Positions 15,001-26,137 of a stretch of DNA of 64,000 nucleotides are shown one piece after another. The notes beneath the pieces were generated by a model. That model was not told the origin of the DNA. It worked only from the letters and a program-made list of their open reading frames with translations, and made no database searches. The DNA comes from Balanoglossus misakiensis (Eukaryota > Animalia > Hemichordata), in assembly GCA_040954595.2 (NCBI GenBank), contig CM082585.2:8505649-8569648 (forward strand), given 5' to 3'. Numbering within the stretch: position 1 is the first letter of the stretch; each line of letters opens with the position of its first letter. Made by a program: the position numbers and the translations under genes.

Positions 15001-18000
15001 GAAATCATCAAAAAATGACAATTTTTCGACTTTGCGGAAAATCAAAATTTGGCCGATTTTTGAAAAAAATCACGGGTTATAGCTCAGGAAATCATCAAAA
15101 AATGACAATTTTTCGACTTTGCGGAAAATCAAAATTTGGCCGATTTTTGATAAAAATCACTGGTTATAGCTCAGGAAATCATCAAAAAATGACAATTTTT
15201 CGACTTTGCGGAAAATCAAAATTTGGCCGATTTTTGATAAAAATCACGGGTTATAGCGCAGGAAATCATCAAAAAATGACAATTTTTCGACTTTGCGGAA
15301 AATCAAGATTGTGCCGATTTTCGAAAAAAATCACGGGTTATAGCTCAGGAAATCATCAAAAAATGACAATTTTTCGACTTTGCGGAAAATCAAAATTTGG
15401 CCGATTTTCGAAAAAAATCATGGGTTATAGCTCAGGAAATCATCAAAAAATGACAATTTTTCGACTTTGCGAATTTTCAAAATTTGGTCGATTTTCGAAA
15501 AAACCATGGGTTATAGCTCAGGAAATCATCAAAAAATGACAATTTTTCGACTTTGCGGAAAATCAAAATTTGGCCGATTTTTGATAAAAATCATGGGTTA
15601 TAGCTCAGGAAATCATCAAAAAATGACAATTTTTCGACTTTGCGGAAAATCAAAATTTGGCCGATTTTTGATAAAAATCATGGGTTATAGCTCAGGAAAT
15701 CATCAAAAAATGACAATTTTTCGACTTTGAGGAAAATCAAAATTTGGCCGATTTTTGATAAAAATCATGGGTTATAGCTCAGGAAATCATCAAAAAATGA
15801 CAATTTTTCGACTTTGCGGAAAATCAAAATTTGGCCGATTTTTGAAAAAAATCATGGGTTATAGCTCAGGAAATCATCAAAAAATGACAATTTTTCGACT
15901 TTGCGGAAAATCAAAATTTGGCCGATTTTTGAAAAAAATCATGGGTTATAGCTCAGGAAATCATCAAAAAATGACAATTTTTCGACTTTGCGGAAAATCA
16001 AAATTTGGCCGATTTTTGAAAAAAATCATGGGTTATAGCTCAGGAAATCATCAAAAAATGACAATTTTTCGACTTTGCGGAAAATCAAAATTTGGCCGAT
16101 TTTTGAAAAAAATCACGGGTTATAGCTCATGAAATCATCAAAAAATGACAATTTTTCGACTTTGCGGAAAATCAAAATTTGGCCGATTTTTGAAAAAAAT
16201 CACGGGTTAAAGCTCAGGAAATCATCAAAAAATGACAATTTTTCGACTTTGCGGAAAATCAAAATTTGGCCGATTTTTGAAAAAAATCACGGGTTATAGC
16301 TCAGGAAATCATCAAAAAATGACAATTTTTCGACTTTGCGGAAAATCAAAATTTGGCCGATTTTTGAAAAAAATCACGGGTTATAGCTCAGGAAATCATC
16401 AAAAAATGACAATTTTTCGACTTTGCGGAAAATCAAAATTTGGCCGATTTTTGATAAAAATCATGGGTTATAGCTCAGGAAATCATCAAAAAATGACAAT
16501 TTTTCGACTTTGAGGAAAATCAAAATTTGGCCGATTTTTGATAAAAATCATGGGTTATAGCTCAGGAAATCATCAAAAAATGACAATTTTCGACTTTGCG
16601 GAAAATCAAAATTTGGCCGATTTTTGAAAAAAATCATGGGTTATAGCTCAGGAAATCATCAAAAAATGACAATTTTTCGACTTTGCGGAAAATCAAAATT
16701 TGGCCGATTTTTGAAAAAAATCATGGGTTATAGCTCAGGAAATCATCAAAAAATGACAATTTTTCGACTTTGCGGAAAATCAAAATTTGGCCGATTTTTG
16801 AAAAAAATCATGGGTTATAGCTCAGGAAATCATCAAAAAATGACAATTTTTCGACTTTGCGGAAAATCAAAATTTGGCCGATTTTTGAAAAAAATCACGG
16901 GTTATAGCTCATGAAATCATCAAAAAATGACAATTTTTCGACTTTGCGGAAAATCAAAATTTGGCCGATTTTTGAAAAAAATCACGGGTTATAGCTCATG
17001 AAATCATCAAAAAATGACAATTTTTCGACTTTGCGGAAAATCAAAATTTGGCCGATTTTTGAAAAAAATCACGGGTTAAAGCTCAGGAAATCATCAAAAA
17101 ATGACAATTTTTCGACTTTGCGGAAAATCAAAATTTGGCCGATTTTTGAAAAAAATCACGGGTTATAGCTCAGGAAATCATCAAAAAATGACAATTTTTC
17201 GACTTTGCGGAAAATCAAAATTTGGCCGATTTTTGATAAAAATCACGGGTTATAGCTCAGGAAATCATCAAAAAATGACAATTTTTCGACTTTGCGGAAA
17301 ATCAAAATTTGGCCGATTTTTGATAAAAATCACGGGTTATAGCTCAGGAAATCATCAAAAAATGACAATTTTTCGACTTTGCGGAAAATCAAAATTTGGC
17401 CGATTTTCGAAAAAAATCATGGGTTATAGCTCAGGAAATCATCAAAAAATGAAAATTTTTCGACTTTGCGAATTTTCAAAATTTGGTCGATTTTTGAAAA
17501 AACCATGGGTTATAGCTCAGGAAAATCATCAAAAAATGACAATTTTTCGACTTTGCGGAAAATCAAAATTTGGCCGATTTTCGAAAAAAATCATGGGTTA
17601 TAGCTCAGGAAATCATCAAAAAATGACAATTTTTCGACTTTGCGGAAAATCAAAATTTGGCCGATTTTCGAAAAAAATCATGGGTTATAGCTCAGGAAAT
17701 CATCAAAAAATGACAATTTTTCGACTTTGCGGAAAATCAAAATTTGGCCGATTTTCGAAAAAAATCATGGGTTATAGCTCAGGAAATCATCAAAAAATGA
17801 CAATTTTTCGACTTTGCGGAAAATCAAAATTTGGCCGATTTTCGAAAAAAATCATGGGTTATAGCTCAGGAAATCATCAAAAAATGACAATTTTTCGACT
17901 TTGCGGAAAATCAAAATTTGGCCGATTTTCGAAAAAAATCATGGGTTATAGCTCAGGAAATCATCAAAAAATGACAATTTTTCGACTTTGCGGAAAATCA

Positions 18001-21000
18001 AAATTTGGCCGATTTTCGAAAAAAATCATGGGTTATAGCTCAGGAAATCATCAAAAAATGACAATTTTTCGACTTTGCGGAAAATCAAAATTTGGCCGAT
18101 TTTTGAAAAAAATCATGGGTTATAGCTCAGGAAATCATCAAAAAATGACAATTTTTCGACTTTGCGGAAAATCAAAATTTGGCCGATTTTTGAAAAAAAT
18201 CATGGGTTATAGCTCAGGAAATCATCAAAAAATGACAATTTTTCGACTTTGCGGAAAATCAAAATTGGCCGATTTTCGATAAAAATCATGGGTTATAGCT
18301 CAGGAAATCATCAAAAAATGACAATTTTTCGACTTTGCGGAAAATCAAAATTTGGCCGATTTTTGAAAAAAATCATGGGTTATAGCTCAGGAAATCATCA
18401 AAAAATGACAATTTTTCGACTTTGCGGAAAATCAAAATTTGGCCGATTTTTGAAAAAAATCATGGGTTATAGCTCAGGAAATCATCAAAAAATGACAATT
18501 TTTCGACTTTGCGGAAAATCAAAATTTGGCCGATTTTCGATAAAAATCATGGGTTATAGCTCAGGAAATCATCAAAAAATGACAATTTTTCGACTTTGCG
18601 GAAAATCAAAATTTGGCCGATTTTCGAAAAAAATCATGGGTTATAGCTCAGGAAATCATCAAAAAATGACAATTTTTCGACTTTGCGGAAAATCAAAATT
18701 TGGCCGATTTTCGAAAAAAATCATGGGTTATAGCTCAGGAAATCATCAAAAAATGACAATTTTTCGACTTTGCGGAAAATCAAAATTTGGCCGATTTTTG
18801 AAAAAAATCATGGGTTATAGCTCAGGAAATCATCAAAAAATGACAATTTTTCGACTTTGCGGAAAATCAAAATTTGGCCGATTTTTGAAAAAAATCATGG
18901 GTTATAGCTCAGGAAATCATCAAAAAATGACAATTTTTCGACTTTGCGGAAAATCAAAATTGGCCGATTTTCGATAAAAATCATGGGTTATAGCTCAGGA
19001 AATCATCAAAAAATGACAATTTTTCGACTTTGCGGAAAATCAAAATTTGGCCGATTTTTGAAAAAAATCATGGGTTATAGCTCAGGAAATCATCAAAAAA
19101 TGACAATTTTTCGACTTTGCGGAAAATCAAAATTTGGCCGATTTTTGAAAAAAATCATGGGTTATAGCTCAGGAAATCATCAAAAAATGACAATTTTTCG
19201 ACTTTGCGGAAAATCAAAATTTGGCCGATTTTCGATAAAAATCATGGGTTATAGCTCAGGAAATCATCAAAAAATGACAATTTTTCGACTTTGCGGAAAA
19301 TCAAAATTTGGCCGATTTTCGATAAAAATCATGGGTTATAGCTCAGGAAATCATCAAAAAATGACAATTTTTCGACTTTGCGGAAAATCAAAATTTGGCC
19401 GATTTTCGATAAAAATCATGGGTTATAGCTCAGGAAATCATCAAAAAATGACAATTTTTCGACTTTGCGGAAAATCAAAATTTGGCCGATTTTCGATAAA
19501 AATCATGGGTTATAGCTCAGGAAATCATCAAAAAATGACAATTTTTCGACTTTGCGGAAAATCAAAATTTGGCCGATTTTCGATAAAAATCATGGGTTAT
19601 AGCTCAGGAAATCATCAAAAAATGACAATTTTTCGACTTTGCGGAAAATCAAGATTTGGCCGATTTTCGATAAAAATCATGGGTTATAGCTCAGGAAATC
19701 ATCAAAAAATGACAATTTTTCGACTTTGCGGAAAATCAAGATTTGGCCGATTTTCGATAAAAATCATGGGTTATAGCTCAGGAAATCATCAAAAAATGAC
19801 AATTTTTCGACTTTGCGGAAAATCAAGATTTGGCCGATTTTCGAAAAAAATCATGGGTTATAGCTCAGGAAATCATCAAAAAATGACAATTTTTCGACTT
19901 TGCGGAAAATCAAGATTTGGCCGATTTTCGAAAAAAATCATGGGTTATAGCTCAGGAAATCATCAAAAAATGACAATTTTTCGACTTTGCGGAAAATCAA
20001 GATTTGGCCGATTTTCGAAAAAAATCATGGGTTATAGCTCAGGAAATCATCAAAAAATGACAATTTTTCGACTTTGCGGAAAATCAAAATTTGGCCGATT
20101 TTCGAAAAAAATCATGGGTTATAGCTCAGGAAATCATCAAAAAATGACAATTTTTCGACTTTGCGGAAAATCAAAATTTGGCCGATTTTCGAAAAAAATC
20201 ATGGGTTATAGCTCAGGAAATCATCAAAAAATGACAATTTTTCGACTTTGCGGAAAATCAAAATTTGGCCGATTTTTGAAAAAAATCATGGGTTATAGCT
20301 CAGGAAATCATCAAAAAATGACAATTTTTCGACTTTGCGGAAAATCAAAATTTGGCCGATTTTTGAAAAAAATCATGGGTTATAGCTCAGGAAATCATCA
20401 AAAAATGACAATTTTTCGACTTTGCGGAAAATCAAAATTTGGCCGATTTTCGATAAAAATCATGGGTTATAGCTCAGGAAATCATCAAAAAATGACAATT
20501 TTTCGACTTTGCGGAAAATCAAGATTTGGCCGATTTTCGATAAAAATCATGGGTTATAGCTCAGGAAATCATCAAAAAATGACAATTTTTCGACTTTGCG
20601 GAAAATCAAGATTTGGCCGATTTTCGATAAAAATCATGGGTTATAGCTCAGGAAATCATCAAAAAATGACAATTTTTCGACTTTGCGGAAAATCAAGATT
20701 TGGCCGATTTTCGAAAAAAATCATGGGTTATAGCTCAGGAAATCATCAAAAAATGACAATTTTTCGACTTTGCGGAAAATCAAGATTTGGCCGATTTTCG
20801 AAAAAAATCATGGGTTATAGCTCAGGAAATCATCAAAAAATGACAATTTTTCGACTTTGCGGAAAATCAAGATTTGGCCGATTTTCGAAAAAAATCATGG
20901 GTTATAGCTCAGGAAATCATCAAAAAATGACAATTTTTCGACTTTGCGGAAAATCAAAATTTGGCCGATTTTCGAAAAAAATCATGGGTTATAGCTCAGG

Positions 21001-21263
21001 AAATCATCAAAAAATGACAATTTTTCGACTTTGCGGAAAATCAAAATTTGGCCGATTTTCGAAAAAAATCATGGGTTATAGCTCAGGAAATCATCAAAAA
21101 ATGACAATTTTTCGACTTTGCGAATTTTCAAAATTTGGTCGATTTTTGAAAAAACCATGGGTTATAGCTCAGGAAAATCATCAAAAAATGACAATTTTTC
21201 GACTTTGCGAATTTTCAAAATTTGGTTGATTTTTGAAAAAAACAATGGGTTATTGCTCATGAA
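1..21263. repeat. 87-bp tandem satellite DNA array (~244 monomers, continues beyond window start)
   Basis: Monomer GAAAATCAAAATTTGGCCGATTTTCGATAAAAATCATGGGTTATAGCTCAGGAAATCATCAAAAAATGACAATTTTTCGACTTTGCG repeated head-to-tail with few substitutions; the last copies are degenerate and the array ends at ...GGGTTATTGCTCATGAA (~21263). Confidence 0.99.
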
Positions 21264-21329
21264 CATGTGTTTACCTGTGGGATATCTATGTTAAATATCA
21301 GAATGAATCATGGGATATCTCCCATCATC

Positions 21330-21387
21330 ACAGACCGTACACATCATCAACAGACAACATACAGGATAAATATGATAAATATTTATT
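21330..21387 (-). terminator. candidate polyadenylation signal (AATAAA) plus GU-rich downstream element
   Basis: Minus strand reads AATAAAtatttatcatatttatcctgtatgttgtctgttgatgatgtgt. Confidence 0.55.
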
Positions 21388-24300
21388 ATGACATCATTTC
21401 AATTAAATATTAACATAAATTATGACTACATCTCCTCTTTCATGAGGTTTGAAATACACAACATGGACACTGTGGTCACCCTGGATAGTTTCAGAAGCAT
21501 CTTGTTTTATCAGAAAAGCTTACACTAAAGTTCTGATTGATTTTGGTAGGGCAGCCATCTTTGAGACTTGCCACTCTGATCTCTAATGCTATATAACCAT
21601 TTACAGAAAATGAAACACTGTCTGCCGATTTCTCTGTAAATAATAAGATACTATTATGTAAAACATTTGTAGAAAAAATTATCAGAGCATGAATTTTCGT
21701 GAAAGAAAAAAGGTGGGAAGATTTAATTTTGAGGTGATAGATAGTTAAAGACAGCTGCTCACTTGGGATTTGGCCATCTCTTAAACAATGCAAGTTCATT
21801 AGAAAACTAAGAACTTCATTTTGAATTTTTCATCAAAATCAATACTACTTGATTTACTGGTTTTGTGAAATTATGTTAGGTTGACCACTGCACCACTTAT
21901 ATGTTCTATTAACTGTCTCGATCTGTTTTTAGAAAATTATTGTTCAATTATACAGTTTACTCGCAAAATTTCTAGAGTACATTGTGCTATCGATTCACAT
22001 CACAAAATTTGGAAGACATTAAGCTTCTTCTCTTCTAAATTTGGCAATGAACAAATAAGCACAAAATGATTTCCCATTGGCCAATACTCGATGTTATGCA
22101 GTGCATATGTAACATAGCCTATGATTGGTGCGGAATCAAATGACATGAGTAACTATCCATTCATATGCAAATGACTTGTGTTGTTTCGTGATTCAATAAA
22201 ACTATCCAATTTACATCAAGTTTTCCATCTAGGAACTAGTACTTCTAATTTTTCTAAAACGTACATTGTCTTTGTAAATAGATAGATTTCAGACACAAGT
22301 CTGAACTGTCAAGGTTTGTTATCGGCTATTATAATTCTAATCTTATCAACAAATTCTTGGACGAAATAGTTTCACAGTAAATTCATTGGTTCTCTTGTTT
22401 GGTATAAATTGATTCCTAAGGCAATCTATAAACTAGAATTCATCCATTAGCATGCAATCTCTGGTATGTTTTGTAGACTGGTTGTATAACAATTTGACTG
22501 TTATGTGTATGGATCTATCAGCAGATATTCAAATTTCTTTTCCTTATAAGGTCACAGTTATTTGAATTTGATACATGTGCATGTTCTTTCCCTCCCCTGA
22601 TAAATTGTATCAAATTTCTTAAAAATGTAGCAAATCTGACAAAAGTTTGCTACAAGTTATGGTGCAGCCTCTTCTAGAATGTAAATTGGTCCCTATTTTT
22701 GGAGCACTATAAGGTATAAACACCTGTGTCCACAAACAGTGTAGCAAACTTGCCCCTTTTGAATCTGAGCTGGTCTGAACAATGTAACAACCCCTCCCCA
22801 ATAAAAAGAAACAATGTAGCGATTTCTTTGAAATGTAGCATTTTACCAAACATGCACATGAAGACAATGTATACATACTGCGAAAACATACACCTCGTGG
22901 ATGAAATTCTACACCAATGTTAACAGTATTCAGAGAGAAATCCATTAACTTGGCACAAATATAAAACACTGTTTTGGCAAACAGAATTCGGAAGATTAAA
23001 AGAAGACACTCTTTCTCATACAACTGTCTGATTTACAAAGGAAGAATGTGTTTTGTAAAAATAATAATAAAAACATTTTTACAAAGAAAAACAGCACAAT
23101 GTAAAAAAGTAATGTACAATAGATAACGACAAATTCCTTATTCACTAGCTGTCTTAAGACATGATATGATTATACATTGTGTACAATGTGACAGAAAAGT
23201 TTGTTGGAAGCATTTCACTGGATATACACATTACTCCACTACTGGAAACAAAACTAGCACCACATGAATTAAATATAACCCTTCCACCCCCGTTCTCTCT
23301 ATAGAGAGCCAAATTTGCCGTAGAAAACAACGAATTTGGACCAAACCATGGTGGTGAAAGGGTTAATACAGTACAAAAAGATTTCAGAGATTTTGATGTT
23401 AGAGTACATTAATGGGGACTACTGATCTACATGTAGTACATCAGCCATCTTGTCTCTGTCAATCTGCAATCCTGATACAGTGCAGAAACAGATGGCTGGA
23501 TTGGCGCATGCTTCACAGATTACAGAAGCTGGGGTTCATTGTATCATGGACTACAGCAGTTACAGGTTGATCGTGCCACAAATTAACTAATGAGGTAAAA
23601 GGACTGCAGTCCAGCAAAGCACCCATGAAATGGGATGAAAATATTAATACCACTATCTGATCCACAGGGTAGTCGTACCAAGAACTACCAAAGATATAAA
23701 ATAACAGATTAAATAAATTTACAAGTCTGATGACAATTAACGTAATGCAAAAAAAAGTTAACCTTAGTCTACCGTACAGTAGCTAAAAACCACTGGCATT
23801 TTCTGTGGAATGGTTAGAAATAAATCAATGAAGTTTGACAATGCAGTGATAACTCTTTGCAATGAACACTAGATTGCGATCAATATCTTGAAGGTTGTCT
23901 AGTATACAAAAATGTTCGTTTGACAGGTGTTCATTTCAAGCAGACGTTCGACACAAACTATCAATAAACTACACTGCTGTAAGGGTAATTTGATTATACA
24001 AAATACTGAATTAATTATGGAATGAATCGGGCATTGGGGTTTGTGGGAATCTTCCTGGATATTCTTACATACTGATGATAAGTTTTGGCATTCATGCACT
24101 AATACTGACACTACTGTAATGACAATATCATTGTCACTGACTATTAATCTGGAAAGAGAGATGATGATTAGAACAGCAGCTGATCTTACATGATTTTAAG
24201 TAGTTTTTGTCCCTTTTTAATTTGATTCTGACAAAGTCTACTCACACAAATTTTGATGTACTTATGTAAGAATTTTGCTGAAAGGAATACAGGTGTATGC

Positions 24301-25811
24301 GTTTATGAATCTGCTGAAATTCCACATCAGACAAATAACAGTAAAAGATACAAGTGCCTGACTGATTCCATGTGACCGTTTTTCCAAAATATATTTCTCA
24401 GCTGTAAAAATGTGTAACATTTCTGTATTTCCACAAATAAAATGTCTATGGAAATATCTTTAATACAATTTATAAATTATTGAAAACTGTAAGAAACATG
24501 GAAAAAATGGACCAATCACAATACTCTTGGAAGGGTATGTTGTTGCTTATTGGTTGATGTACCAGGTGCACATGCCAACAGTATTCAACATCCATGATAT
24601 TGTAGGACGGCTTGGTGATGACCATGCTTTGTCCATAACCTTGACAGTAATCTCAGTTAAATGACAGCGTGGTTCAGAGGTCAAAGTCACAGTAAGTCAC
24701 ATCATGTTTGGTAAAATGTATCTAGTATAAGATTCTCAGAACTGTACTAATTATATGCATAACACAAAACATCACAATACTGTATTTGGTTTTCACTAAA
24801 GTATCAACAATAGAACTTTACCAAAAGGTCAAAGGTCACTGCTTTGATCTGTCAGAGGGATATGACATGATTAAAGCGTAACTGAAATCGTTAACAAATT
24901 TGAAAGTAGTTGTGTGCACCAGGCACTAAAGTTTTAAAGTAAAATTGCTGTTACGTTGTACTTCATACTCAACATTAGACAGCTGATGATGATGATTCTG
25001 CGAGATCCCCAAATGATCGTTTGTTTCTCATCCTGGCTGTGTACATGCAAGTGTGACATCATTATCTTAACAGTTGTCACCTACAACTTTTTACTGAACA
25101 ATACAGTACATGACATCCCCCCAAATGGCCTATGTGTTCCTGTAAGTGCACATACATAGCATGTGACTGCGGAACTCTCTGGAAGCCAATGCACGCGGGT
25201 GTAATAATCTAAAAAAATTATTTTGTTCTCAGCCTCTACGATTTCATGGCAGAAGGCTCGCCTTTGTTCCTCTAAAATTCACCATTAGGAACGTGAATTT
25301 AAATATCACTGCATCAACTGAACCTAAACTGAGAAACACAAATTTTGGGGATCTCATCTACCAGGCAGAATTTAATTTCCATCATCAGGAGTCAACAGCC
25401 AATGAAACGTCAGCTTTTATCAGCCAAATGCTTATGTGATAATCAACCAATCACAATGTTTCTTTTCTAATAAATAATCATCAACAAGTTTGTATTCTTG
25501 TTAAATGATAAATTAAACTTGACATGTAAATAAAGTTATGAATAAATATGTACAATAAATATGTCTGAAATAAATATCAGCCTTCTGAATTAAAATTAAT
25601 TCCTTCAATTTCTGATGACACTGATGTCCCCTACTTGGTTTTACTCTAAAATTGTAAAATCTTTTTTGAAATTCTTTTGTAATGTCTTTCCTTTCATGTA
25701 AAAATATGGACATCCTTGCAAAGTCTTTTCTGTGTGAAATGGAATTAGAACCAATATGGTGATATATTTACACAGGGACGATCTGTAAATTTGAAACTCA
25801 CCAACGCATCA
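21365..25811 (-). other. probable long (~4.4 kb) UNC80 3' UTR
   Basis: AT-rich non-coding sequence after the stop. The first canonical minus-strand AATAAA I found is at 21382-21387, followed by a GU-rich tract. ATTAAA variants upstream could give shorter ends. Confidence 0.5.
23279..23362. mobile_element. piggyBac-like MITE (~85 bp) in the putative 3' UTR
   Basis: ataa-CCCTTCCACC...GGTGAAAGGG-ttaa; inverted homolog of the 50293 copy. Confidence 0.7.
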
Positions 25812-26137
25812 TCAGACAACAGTGTCTTTCATTTCGTCTCGTAAGTCCGACATTCTGATTCGCAATGCTCTGGGGTCAATGTCCCTGGTCCCCAGCAAGC
25901 GCATGGTTTCCTTGGACTCGTAGAGATCGTCCAAGCCGTCGACGTCTCTCCGCGAGGACTGATCGCGATCGCTGCTCGGCCCGAGCAGCCGACTCTGTTC
26001 GTTGGCACCCTCTACAGATTCATTGTCGGATTTGTCGCCAGCGTCTTCTGATGACATCTTGATTTGACTCAGAGCTGCTGCCACACGGCTGCTTTGTAAA
26101 CTGACCGTTTCAATCTCCCCGTCATCTCCATCAGCCT
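25812..26137 (-). CDS. UNC80: UNC80 terminal coding exon (..DEMKDTVV*)
   Basis: aacag acceptor, phase 1, TGA at 25812-25814. Confidence 0.87.

Noticed and set aside
15315-15340. CENP-B box (TTCG....A..CGGG) in satellite variants
   Set aside because: TTCG and CGGG are 10 nt apart rather than 7; the consensus monomer does not match either
170-21229. Long repetitive ORFs (up to 761 aa) as protein-coding genes
   Set aside because: They are translations of the 87-bp satellite, broken by arbitrary indels and stops, with no gene structure
1-21263. CRISPR array
   Set aside because: Monomers are contiguous with no unique spacers, there are no cas genes, and the context is eukaryotic
21491-25713. 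Short ORFs in the post-stop region
   Set aside because: AT-rich, no recognisable domains or splice context; consistent with UTR or intergenic sequence
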